From contig NDHX01000008.1 in the NCBI GenBank assembly GCA_013626165.1, positions 3,316 through 67,315 on the forward strand: a DNA stretch of 64,000 bases, written 5' to 3'. Origin of the DNA: Candidatus Velesiimonas alkalicola. GTDB taxonomy: Bacteria > Omnitrophota > Gorgyraeia > Velesiimonadales > Velesiimonadaceae. The position numbers were made by a program, and so were the translations under genes. Below the pieces are notes generated by a model. It made no database searches. It saw only the letters and a program-made list of their open reading frames with translations, and had not been told where the DNA came from. Each line of letters opens with the position of its first letter. The first letter of the stretch is position 1. This document shows positions 38,983 through 51,059 of the stretch, piece by piece.

Positions 38983-39879
38983 ATGATAAAAAAACGAAAA
39001 ACCGAACGGTTTACCGGTTCAATGGTTGCAATTGTTACACCATTTTATCAAGGTAAGGTAGACAGGAAAACTCTTGAAAAACTTGTAGAATTTCAAGTAC
39101 AAAACAACACATCAGGCATAGTGCCCTGTGGAACAACGGGTGAATCTCCCACACTTGATATGGAAGAGCATAAAATGGTAAATGAAATTGTCATCCAAAA
39201 AGTAAGAGGAAGAATACCTGTTATTGCAGGCACCGGTTCTAATAATACCAGAGAGGCAATAGAATTGACACATCATGCAAAACAAAGCGGGGCGGATGCT
39301 GTTCTTCTTGTTGCTCCATACTATAACAGGCCAACACAGGCAGGGCTTTATGAGCATTTTAAGGTAATATCCAAAGCGGTTAATATCCCTGGGATTATTT
39401 ATAATATTCCATCAAGAACAGGTGTAAATATAGAGCCTGACACAATGGCTAAAATTGCAGACTTAAAAAATGTAATTGGTATAAAAGAGGCAAGTGGAAA
39501 TCTTGATCAGATGTCAAGAATAATTGCAGCCTGTCCTGAGGATTTTATTCTTCTTTCTGGTGACGACTGTCTTACGCTTCCGGTTCTTTCTATCGGCGGG
39601 AAAGGAGTAATTTCTGTTGCCGCAAATATTGTTCCAAAAGATATTTCAGAGATGATAGATGCATTTAGTAAACAGGATATAGAGAAGGCAAGGAGGCTCC
39701 ACTACCGGCTTCTTCCGCTTTTAAAAGTACTTTTTATTGAGACAAATCCGGTGCCTGTAAAGACTGCAATGGTTCTTATGGGGCTTATAAAAGAAGGAAT
39801 AAGACTTCCTCTTACAAGAATGAGTGAGCAAAATTTTGCTAAACTAAAAGAAACGCTTCACAAGTATGGGTTGATATAA
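38983..39879 (+). CDS. dapA: 4-hydroxy-tetrahydrodipicolinate synthase
   Basis: CGTTGES, AGTGSNNT motifs. Confidence 0.95.
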   Translation: MIKKRKTERFTGSMVAIVTPFYQGKVDRKTLEKLVEFQVQNNTSGIVPCGTTGESPTLDMEEHKMVNEIVIQKVRGRIPVIAGTGSNNTREAIELTHHAKQSGADAVLLVAPYYNRPTQAGLYEHFKVISKAVNIPGIIYNIPSRTGVNIEPDTMAKIADLKNVIGIKEASGNLDQMSRIIAACPEDFILLSGDDCLTLPVLSIGGKGVISVAANIVPKDISEMIDAFSKQDIEKARRLHYRLLPLLKVLFIETNPVPVKTAMVLMGLIKEGIRLPLTRMSEQNFAKLKETLHKYGLI

Positions 39880-39970
39880 AAAAGCCGTTGTTCGTGTACT
39901 GTATTCCGTTAAAAAAATAGACAACAGACAACGATATACGGGCGGCGGAATACGGACGATGGGGGGAAAG

Positions 39971-40777
39971 ATGGATGGTAAAACTAAGATAGCAGTTGCA
40001 GGTTGCAGCGGAAAGATGGGAAGGGCAGTACTTAAAGTAGCATTTAATACTCCTGATATAGAAGTTGTTGGGGCGTTTGAGTGTGTGGGCCATCAGGATA
40101 TCGGTAAAGACGTGGGTGCACTGGTGGGTGTTGGCGAAAAAAAGATTAAAGTTACAGATAGATGTCTATCCTCTATACAAACCGCAGACTGTCTTATAGA
40201 CTTTACAAGCCCTTCTTCAACTGCCCAAAATGTCCAAGATGCAGTAAGTTTAAGGATTGCTATGGTTATCGGAACAACCGGTCTGCAAGAACACCAGATG
40301 CAAGAGATAATATCCGCTTCATCAAAAATCCCCATAGTTTTAAGTCCCAATATGAGCGTGGGCGTGAACCTGCTTTTTAAGATAACAGGTGATGTTGCGA
40401 AAAAACTTTTAAAGTACGATGTTGAAATTATTGAGGTGCATCACAATATGAAAAAAGATGCACCAAGCGGGACAGCATTGCGTATAGCGGAAAATATAGC
40501 AAAAGCAAGACAGCAAAAACTTGAAAAAGATGTTATATACGGAAGAAAAGGCGCTATGGGGGAGCGTCCAGAAATGCAGATAGGAATTCATTCTGTAAGA
40601 GCCGGAGATGTGATTGGTGAACATACTGTGATATTTGCAGGTCCGGGAGAAAGGCTTGAGTTTATTCATAAGGCACACTCAAGGGATACATTTGCCGCAG
40701 GCGCTATTTATGCAGCAAAATTTATTATTACACAAAAACCAGGCATTTATGAAATGAGTGATGTATTGGGCACATAA
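39971..40777 (+). CDS. dapB: 4-hydroxy-tetrahydrodipicolinate reductase
   Basis: KIAVAGCSGKMG NAD-binding; EIIEVHHNMKKDAPSGTA. Confidence 0.9.
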   Translation: MDGKTKIAVAGCSGKMGRAVLKVAFNTPDIEVVGAFECVGHQDIGKDVGALVGVGEKKIKVTDRCLSSIQTADCLIDFTSPSSTAQNVQDAVSLRIAMVIGTTGLQEHQMQEIISASSKIPIVLSPNMSVGVNLLFKITGDVAKKLLKYDVEIIEVHHNMKKDAPSGTALRIAENIAKARQQKLEKDVIYGRKGAMGERPEMQIGIHSVRAGDVIGEHTVIFAGPGERLEFIHKAHSRDTFAAGAIYAAKFIITQKPGIYEMSDVLGT

Positions 40778-40785
40778 AACAAGGC

Positions 40786-40860
40786 AACTGGTGCTCTGGT
40801 GCTCTGCCTGTCTGCGTGCTGTAGCACAGCACAGGCAGGGTGCCTGGTGCACTGGTGCTC
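40786..40860. repeat. CTGGTGCT 8-bp-period array with internal inverted repeat (repeat family copy C)
   Basis: ctggtgctctggtgctctgcctgtctgcgtgctgtagcacagcacaggcagggtgcctggtgcactggtgctc. Confidence 0.7.
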
Positions 40861-40876
40861 TTATAAGAGAAAGATT

Positions 40877-42040
40877 ATGATACCAGATGTTTCTGAGAGA
40901 CTAAAGAAGATTCCTCCATATCTTTTTGCAAGCATTGACAGGTTAAAAAGAGAGGCTATAAAGGCCGGAAAAGATATTATAGACCTTGGAGTTGGAGATC
41001 CTGATACGCCAACACCTCAAAATGTTATAGACAGGCTTTTGCAGGCGGCAAAAAATCCCGCCCATCACAGGTATGCGCTTGACCAGGGTATGCCGCTTTT
41101 GAGGATAGCAATTTCAAGGTGGTATGAAAAAAGATTTGGTGTTGTATTGGATCCAGATAAAGAAATACTTCCTCTTATAGGTTCTAAAGAGGGTATTGCC
41201 CACATACCGCTTGCGTTTATAAATCCAAATGATGAGGTTCTTGTTCCGGACCCCTGTTATCCTCCATATAAAAGCGGAACAATACTTGCAGAAGGAAAAG
41301 TTAGAATTATGTCTCTTCTTGAAAGCAATGCCTTTCTTCCTGATATAAATGAAGTGAAAAAACAAGGGCTCAACAGGGTAAAGATGATGTTTTTAAATTA
41401 TCCCAATAATCCAACAGGTGCGGTAGCAGATAAAGTGTTTTTTGAAGAAGTAGTGGAATTTGCCATAAAAAACAATATCCTTGTATGCCATGATGCCGCA
41501 TATTCAGAAATAGCATTTGACGGATACAAGCCTGTTAGTTTTCTTTCTATCCCGAACGCAAAAGAGATTGGGGTTGAGTTTCATTCGCTTTCAAAAACCT
41601 GTAATATGAGTGGTTGGAGGATTGGGTGGGTTTGTGGAAATTCAAAGGCTATCCTTGCGCTTGGCAGGGTTAAATCAAATATAGATTCCGGTATATTTCA
41701 AGCAATCCAGGAGGCAGGTATAGAGGCATTGAACATTCCTGATGGATTTTTGAAAAACCTAAATTTAATGTATCAGGAAAGAAGGGATGTTCTTGTGGAA
41801 GGCTTAAAACAGATTGGATGGAATGTAAAAAAACAAAAGGCAACATTTTATGTGTGGATACCTGTTCCACCAGGACATACATCTTCAGAGATGTCTACAA
41901 CCCTTCTTGAAAAAGCAAACATAGTTGTTGCCCCGGGGACAGGATTTGGGCCCAACGGAGAAGGATACATAAGGATTGCACTTACAGTTGATAAAAATAG
42001 AATTAAAGAAGCGGTGGAAAGAATAGCCAGAATAAAATAA
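40877..42040 (+). CDS. dapL: LL-diaminopimelate aminotransferase (DapL-type class I aminotransferase)
   Basis: Fold-type I aminotransferase with SLSKTCNMSGWR Lys motif in dap cluster; start taken at MIPDVSE after repeat. Confidence 0.75.
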   Translation: MIPDVSERLKKIPPYLFASIDRLKREAIKAGKDIIDLGVGDPDTPTPQNVIDRLLQAAKNPAHHRYALDQGMPLLRIAISRWYEKRFGVVLDPDKEILPLIGSKEGIAHIPLAFINPNDEVLVPDPCYPPYKSGTILAEGKVRIMSLLESNAFLPDINEVKKQGLNRVKMMFLNYPNNPTGAVADKVFFEEVVEFAIKNNILVCHDAAYSEIAFDGYKPVSFLSIPNAKEIGVEFHSLSKTCNMSGWRIGWVCGNSKAILALGRVKSNIDSGIFQAIQEAGIEALNIPDGFLKNLNLMYQERRDVLVEGLKQIGWNVKKQKATFYVWIPVPPGHTSSEMSTTLLEKANIVVAPGTGFGPNGEGYIRIALTVDKNRIKEAVERIARIK

Positions 42041-42106
42041 AAATGTTCGTAAAACCCGTATTCCGTCACTTGCATATCGTAAAAGATACGGAATACGAAA
42101 ATAAAG

Positions 42107-42514
42107 ATGGAAAAATACTGGAATGAAAGAGTGTTTATCGGAGTTGGTTCTAATGTCGGGAAAAGAGAACTATTTATTAAAAAGGCCCTTGATTTGATAA
42201 GAAATAACAGACAGATGCGTTTGGTTAAAATTTCAAGTATCATTGAAACAGAACCTGTGGGCTCAAGTAAAAGAAAATTTTTAAATGCTGTTATTGAAAT
42301 AAGAACCATACTTTCCCCTGTTCAATTGTTAAAAAGACTTAAATATTTTGAAAAAATTCTTGGCAGAAAAAACACAGGCCACTGGGGAGCAAGAGAGATT
42401 GATTTAGACATACTTTATTTTGGCAAAAGAAAAATAAATACCTCGTCCCTGCGGGTTCCTCATCCTTTCATACAGGAAAGGGATTTTGTCCAAATCCTGC
42501 TTTCGGAATTTTAA
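42107..42514 (+). CDS. folK: 2-amino-4-hydroxy-6-hydroxymethyldihydropteridine pyrophosphokinase
   Basis: VFIGVGSNVG N-terminus, 135 aa. Confidence 0.85.
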   Translation: MEKYWNERVFIGVGSNVGKRELFIKKALDLIRNNRQMRLVKISSIIETEPVGSSKRKFLNAVIEIRTILSPVQLLKRLKYFEKILGRKNTGHWGAREIDLDILYFGKRKINTSSLRVPHPFIQERDFVQILLSEF

Positions 42515-42519
42515 AAATT

Positions 42520-44244
42520 ATGGATATTTTCAGATATAACATATCATTGGTATTGTCAGAGATTCTTCATCTGCCCTCACAGGATATTGATGGTCTTATT
42601 GAGATTCCTCCGGAGGAGCATTTGGGGGATTATGCGCTTCCCTGTTTTCGTTTAGGTTCTGTTCTTAAACAATCTCCTCAGAAGATTGCAACCGATATTG
42701 CGTCAAATATAGCGCAGATAGATTTTGTTAAAGAGGTTAAAACAAGCGGTGGATATGTTAATTTTTTTCTTAACACAGAGATTTTTATATCAAGGGCACT
42801 GAATCAGATAGAGAAAGGTGGGTTTGGAAAATCAGAACAGGGCAGGGGAAAAACAGTGGTGATAGATTTCTCATCGCCCAACATCGCCAAGCCTTTTAGT
42901 GTAGGACATTTAAGGTCAACCGTTATCGGGAATTCCCTTTCTCGTATATATGAATATCTCGGATATAATGTGATAAAAATAAATCATCTGGGAGACTGGG
43001 GAACACAGTTTGGAAAAATTATCGTTGCGTTTGAAAAATGGGGGAAACAGGAACTTCTTGATTCAGATGACCCTGTAAAATATCTTGTTGAATTATATGT
43101 CAGATTCCATGAAGAATCAAAAAAGGACACTTCTTTAGAAGAAATTGCAAGGACAAGGTTTAAGGAACTTGAAGAAGGCAAGAAGGGTGTTGTTTTATTA
43201 TGGGAAAAATTTAAAGTCATTAGCTTAAAAGAGTTTCAGAGGATTTATGATATATTAGGTGTCCAATTTAACTCTGTAACAGGCGAAAGTTTTTATAATA
43301 CTGGAACAGAAGATTTTATAAAAAGAATAAGTTCCATGGGTTTGACAAAAGAAAGTCAGGGTGCACTGATAGTGGACCTTGAAAGATTTGGTATGCCGCC
43401 TCTTTTGTTAAGAAAAAGCGATGAAGCGACACTCTATGCAACAAGAGATCTTGTGTGTGCAATATATAGATACGAAAAGTATAGATTTGACAAAATGCTT
43501 TATGTTGTCGGGCAGGACCAGAGGCTTCATTTTAAACAGGTATTTCAGGTTCTTAAAATGATGGGCCATTCTTGGGCTGACAGGTGTTTCCATATTGATT
43601 TTGGTATGATAAGGTCCGGGGGTGAGAAGATGTCAACAAGAAGAGGCAGGGTTGTGCTTCTTGAAGATGTTCTTACTCTTTCAAACAATTATGTGGGTAT
43701 TATAATGAAAGACAGACCATTTTCTGAAACAGCAAAACAGACCATTGCAAGAAATGTCGGCGTTGCAGCAGTTATATTTTCTGATTTAAAAAATAAAAGA
43801 ATAAAAGATATAGACTTTGATATTGAGAAGGCACTTTCATATAACCCGCAAGATCAGACTTTTAAAGGACAGACAGGCCCTTATCTTCAATACATCAACG
43901 CAAGGCTTTCCAGCCTTTTAAAAAGATATGGAAAGCCGATTGAAAAAGATGTGACTCTACAACCCTTGAAAGACGAGCAGGAATTCAAGGTTGTAAGGGC
44001 CTTATACCGTTATCCTGAAATTGTTATAAATGCCGCAAATTCAAATGAACCCTCAATGATAGCAGATTATCTTCTTGATGTTGCAAGTCTTTTTTCAACA
44101 TATTATCAGGATAAAAACAAACACAAGATAATATCGGATAACGAACCCTTAAGCAGCGCAAGAATAAGAATGTGTTCAGGTGTAAAAGATGTATTATTGA
44201 GCGGTTTTTATCTTCTTGGAATAAATGCTGTTGAGGAGATGTAA
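42520..44244 (+). CDS. argS: Arginine--tRNA ligase
   Basis: 574 aa, SSPNIAKPFSVGHLRSTVIGN class I HIGH region. Confidence 0.95.
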   Translation: MDIFRYNISLVLSEILHLPSQDIDGLIEIPPEEHLGDYALPCFRLGSVLKQSPQKIATDIASNIAQIDFVKEVKTSGGYVNFFLNTEIFISRALNQIEKGGFGKSEQGRGKTVVIDFSSPNIAKPFSVGHLRSTVIGNSLSRIYEYLGYNVIKINHLGDWGTQFGKIIVAFEKWGKQELLDSDDPVKYLVELYVRFHEESKKDTSLEEIARTRFKELEEGKKGVVLLWEKFKVISLKEFQRIYDILGVQFNSVTGESFYNTGTEDFIKRISSMGLTKESQGALIVDLERFGMPPLLLRKSDEATLYATRDLVCAIYRYEKYRFDKMLYVVGQDQRLHFKQVFQVLKMMGHSWADRCFHIDFGMIRSGGEKMSTRRGRVVLLEDVLTLSNNYVGIIMKDRPFSETAKQTIARNVGVAAVIFSDLKNKRIKDIDFDIEKALSYNPQDQTFKGQTGPYLQYINARLSSLLKRYGKPIEKDVTLQPLKDEQEFKVVRALYRYPEIVINAANSNEPSMIADYLLDVASLFSTYYQDKNKHKIISDNEPLSSARIRMCSGVKDVLLSGFYLLGINAVEEM

Positions 44245-44422
44245 TGGTGTGCAGTTCTATAATTAAGATAGCATGTATGATGAATTATTAAAAGGCATAC
44301 TGCTTGGGGGTTGTTAAGGGGTGAGAGCGAACAGAGTGAGCATCAGAGGGGTGAGAGCCCCTATGAAATGCTCCTTTCTGAAAAGCGTCTGTAAAACAAA
44401 AATTTAAAGAACGGAGCAATAG

Positions 44423-45721
44423 ATGGATTATCACATTTATACAACATATTCAAAAGATGCAGACCCTACAATGAACCTTGAAGGTATTGTAGAAAAAGGA
44501 TGTGAATTGGGATATGCCTCAATTGGTGTATGCGAGCATATTTTTGACAGGGGTGAAGTAGAAGTATATGAGACAATTAAACAAGAGCTCAACAGCCTAA
44601 AAAAGGAATTAAAAGTATACAGTGGAATAGAAGTAGTACTGCAGGGGCCGCGGGGCGATCTGCCGTTGGATGAAGAAACCTGCAGGATGTTGGACCCTGA
44701 TTATGTGCTTGGAGCGGTGCACGGGTCATATGTAAGCAGTTATGATAGGGAACTTATTATTGCTCGCCATCATGCGCTTCTTTGCAAACTTGCAAGAGAA
44801 AAGTGTATAGATGTTATAGCACATCCCTGGTGGTTTCCTCCTAAGGAGTTTCAACACAGAAGGTTTCCAAAATTTGATGACTTTTCAGTTGTTCCAGGTA
44901 TGGCACATAATGACCTGGCAAGTATTTGTGTAGGAAATAAAACAGCCATAGAAGCAAATGCCGAGCTTATAATTTTTTCAGAATATTATCCTAAAGAGTT
45001 TATTGAACAATACATAAACTATTTAAAATTTATGGCAGACAAATCAGTTCCTATATGTATAGGTTCAGGTGCGCATACAATAACAGCCATAGACAAGGGC
45101 AAACATCTGATAAAAAGACTAAAGATGGCCGGAATTTCAGAGGGGTGTTTCTGGGATCCTGCAATGGGGAAAAATTCAAGGGAAAAAAGAAAGAAAGCGC
45201 TAAAACAAGGAAACGGCAACATTGTGCTTGTAGGATTTATGGGCGCCGGCAAAACAGAGGTTGGGAAATCTCTTTCACGACATCTGGGTATGAAATTTAT
45301 GGATATGGATCTGGTAATAGAAGGCAGAGAAGGAAGAACAATAAAAGAAATATTTGAACAGGATGGAGAAAACTTTTTTAGAGTAGTTGAATCTGAAGTC
45401 TGTCAAGAAGTTCCGGAAAGCGAAAACTCTGTAATTGCAACAGGGGGAGGAGTTGTATTAAAAAGACAGAATATGTATCACTTAAAAACAAATTCAGTTG
45501 TCATACACCTTTCGGTTGATATTGAAGATGTCTTGAAAAGAACATCAGAGCAGACAGACAGACCACTTCTTAATGTGCCTGATGTCAGAAAAGAAATTGA
45601 AAAACTTATCTTGTTAAGAAAACCTTACTACAATCAGGCAGACTGGACAGTTTCAACAAAGGATAAGAAACCCTCTGATATTGCAGATGAAATAATAAAA
45701 ACAGTGGGGTTAGAGTCTTGA
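44423..45721 (+). CDS. aroK: Fusion protein: N-terminal PHP-like (HisJ-family) domain, possibly degenerate, plus C-terminal shikimate kinase
   Basis: C-term NIVLVGFMGAGKTEVGKSL...MDMD...ATGGGVV (AroK); N-term DYHIYTTYSKDA...AVHGSY...IAHPWW PHP-like with first His pair replaced. Confidence 0.7.
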   Translation: MDYHIYTTYSKDADPTMNLEGIVEKGCELGYASIGVCEHIFDRGEVEVYETIKQELNSLKKELKVYSGIEVVLQGPRGDLPLDEETCRMLDPDYVLGAVHGSYVSSYDRELIIARHHALLCKLAREKCIDVIAHPWWFPPKEFQHRRFPKFDDFSVVPGMAHNDLASICVGNKTAIEANAELIIFSEYYPKEFIEQYINYLKFMADKSVPICIGSGAHTITAIDKGKHLIKRLKMAGISEGCFWDPAMGKNSREKRKKALKQGNGNIVLVGFMGAGKTEVGKSLSRHLGMKFMDMDLVIEGREGRTIKEIFEQDGENFFRVVESEVCQEVPESENSVIATGGGVVLKRQNMYHLKTNSVVIHLSVDIEDVLKRTSEQTDRPLLNVPDVRKEIEKLILLRKPYYNQADWTVSTKDKKPSDIADEIIKTVGLES

Positions 45722-46779
45722 AAGACGATACAAGATACTATCTTCTTCTTTCTCTTGTGGAAGGACTGGGGGCAGTTGGTATTTCAAAACTTATAGAGAG
45801 GTTTGGTTCGGCGAAAGAAGCCTTTGATGCAAAAAAAATTCAATCCTCTGATATTTTTAAAAAAGCAGACCAGATAGTTTTCACATCAAGAAAGAAAGGT
45901 ATAGATATAATCTCGTTGTCGGACCTTCAATACCCTGGTTTTCTTAAAACTATTCCGGACCCTCCTCCTGTGCTGTATACCCTTGGTAATCTTGAAGGCG
46001 ATGTTGCAAGGATTGCAATAGTTGGCTCAAGAAGTTCCACATACCATTCACTAAATATTGCAGAAACCATCTCTTCAGGGCTCGGCGGTGCCGGAATTAC
46101 TATTGTTTCAGGATTTGCAAGGGGTGTTGACACAGCAGCACATAGAGGAGCAGTACTGTGTTCATCAAAAGGTGGAGGAAGAACAATTGCGGTTATGGGA
46201 TGCGGGGTTGATATTATATACCCGGAAGAAAATAAAAAACTTTATGAGGATATTATAAAAAAAGGAGCCATTATCTCAGAGTTCCCGCCTCAAACCCCTC
46301 CTTTTAAGACAAACTTTCCAAAAAGAAATCGTATAATAAGCGGGCTTTGTCTTGCAGTAGTGGTTGTTCAGGCAACAAGATACTCAGGTGCTCTTATTAC
46401 CGCCAGACTTGCACTTGAGCAGGGAAGGGAGGTTTTTACTGTCCCGGGTCCGGGAGGTTCTGAACGATACAGAGGCTCAAATGACCTTATAAGACAGGGA
46501 GCAAAGATTGTTGAAAGTGCAACAGATATACTTGAAGAACTTCAACCGGTGCTTAAATCCCATATTTCATACTGGCAAAAAGATGACAAGGAAAACAACA
46601 ATACAGAATATCCGACAGATGACCCTGTATTAAATCTTTTGTCAGAAGAGCCCATCCATATTGATACCATAAGTGAAAAACTTCTTATAGATATCCCGCG
46701 CTTGAGTACAAAACTTTTTGAATTTGAGGTGAAAGGACTTATAAAAAAACTTCCAGGCGGAAAATATATAAAAAAATAA
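45718..46779 (+). CDS. dprA: DNA processing protein DprA (Smf)
   Basis: IAIVGSRSST...GFARGVDTAAH Rossmann-like DprA core. Confidence 0.9.
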   Translation: MKDDTRYYLLLSLVEGLGAVGISKLIERFGSAKEAFDAKKIQSSDIFKKADQIVFTSRKKGIDIISLSDLQYPGFLKTIPDPPPVLYTLGNLEGDVARIAIVGSRSSTYHSLNIAETISSGLGGAGITIVSGFARGVDTAAHRGAVLCSSKGGGRTIAVMGCGVDIIYPEENKKLYEDIIKKGAIISEFPPQTPPFKTNFPKRNRIISGLCLAVVVVQATRYSGALITARLALEQGREVFTVPGPGGSERYRGSNDLIRQGAKIVESATDILEELQPVLKSHISYWQKDDKENNNTEYPTDDPVLNLLSEEPIHIDTISEKLLIDIPRLSTKLFEFEVKGLIKKLPGGKYIKK

Positions 46780-47055
46780 AGTCTGTAAGCTCCAAACCCC
46801 ATTAAGTCCGGTGCTCAAGACCACATGTGGGCGGGTGCGGGCTACCGCAGTATGACGGGGCAGGCCCTGAATCAATCAGAGGCGGATTTGACTTTTGTCC
46901 ATAGTTTTGTTAAAATTAAATATAGAGAACGAGGCTTGTCCCTGTACAAACGGGGATTCAGTGCTTCGGGTACCCTTTGGGTGTGGGATTTGAGATTTGT
47001 TTGGGATTTGTATCTTTTAGATTTTTGATATTTGATTTTTAATTGAGGAGGGGAT

Positions 47056-48216
47056 ATGAGATTTCAAATTAAAAAAGATGTATTATATAAAACAATCAAA
47101 CCTGTGCTAAATGTTGTATCTACAAAAACAACACTACCAATATTATTAAACATTCTTATAGATGTAGAAAAAGACAGGATACACTTTTCATCAACAGACC
47201 TTGATATTGCAATGACAACAACTATTCAAACCTCAAATAGTGAAAATATAAATATAGAAGAAGCAGGCTCTATAACTATTCCCGGAAAAAGAATAGGGGA
47301 GATATTAGATAAATTACCAAATGAAAAAATTGTTTTTTCCTCATTAAAAAACAATATCTTAAGAATGGACTGTCAAAAATGTTTTTTTAGACTTATAGGG
47401 CTCCCCAGAGAGGATTTTCCTAAAATTCCAGTTTTTTCTGAAACTAATAAGATTAAAATAGAACAAAAAAAATTAAAGGAAGCACTCACTTTAACCTCTT
47501 GTGCAACATCACGTGAAACAGAAAGATATGGGTTGAATGGCATATTTTTTGAGTTTATGAAAGATACTATAAGATTTGTTGCAACAGATGGAAGAAGGCT
47601 TGCGTATGTAGATAAAAAAATTACACCAGAAAATAAAATTGAAAAAAATATTACAGTGCCAACAAAAACTATAAATGAAATTCAAAGAATTATAGAAGAA
47701 TCTGGAGATGTAGAAATATCTTTAACAGACAACCAAATATGTTTTTCAACAAACATTGATACTTTCCAATCCGGGGTTTCTATCAATTTAAACCTAATAT
47801 CACGAATCCTTGATGCGCAGTTTCCGGACTATAAACAGGTTATTCCAAAACAGGGAAATAAAAGGATACACCTAAAAACTCAAGAATGGCTGGGCGCACT
47901 AAAAAGAGCGGCACTTTTTACCACAATAGATGACCCTGCAATTAAATTAGATATTATGAAAAATAAACTTGTTATTTCAAAAATAACACCAGATATAGGA
48001 GAAATAAGAGAAGAAATAGACACAAACTATAAGGCAGAAGAGATAAGCATAGGATTTGTTCCTCACTATCTTATAGATGTAGTAAAAAATCTACCCGACG
48101 AAGAGATTGATATAGATATAGTAGACACAGAGGTGGGGAAAGTGTCAGTAGTAAAAATAAAGGACGGACAGGGTATGGATTATTTTCATATGGTCCTTCC
48201 TATTGCATTAGAGTAA
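47056..48216 (+). CDS. dnaN: DNA polymerase III beta sliding clamp
   Basis: 386 aa three-domain clamp; MRFQIKKDVL start. Confidence 0.95.
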   Translation: MRFQIKKDVLYKTIKPVLNVVSTKTTLPILLNILIDVEKDRIHFSSTDLDIAMTTTIQTSNSENINIEEAGSITIPGKRIGEILDKLPNEKIVFSSLKNNILRMDCQKCFFRLIGLPREDFPKIPVFSETNKIKIEQKKLKEALTLTSCATSRETERYGLNGIFFEFMKDTIRFVATDGRRLAYVDKKITPENKIEKNITVPTKTINEIQRIIEESGDVEISLTDNQICFSTNIDTFQSGVSINLNLISRILDAQFPDYKQVIPKQGNKRIHLKTQEWLGALKRAALFTTIDDPAIKLDIMKNKLVISKITPDIGEIREEIDTNYKAEEISIGFVPHYLIDVVKNLPDEEIDIDIVDTEVGKVSVVKIKDGQGMDYFHMVLPIALE

Positions 48217-48221
48217 TTATT

Positions 48222-50926
<2,705 letters not shown>

Positions 50927-51059
50927 ACTCATTTTACAGCCCCCTTGCGCGCCTTCCTGTTCCTCTACTCAGTCAGAGCAAGAGTATGCAGACATTGCAT
51001 CTAATTTAAAATGTTAAGTTTTGTGGATCAATACTAATCTAACATCACTTTCATCTTTT

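Noticed and set aside
51022-51030. TGTGGATCA (8/9 DnaA box) downstream of gyrB
   Set aside because: Single isolated near-match; expected by chance.
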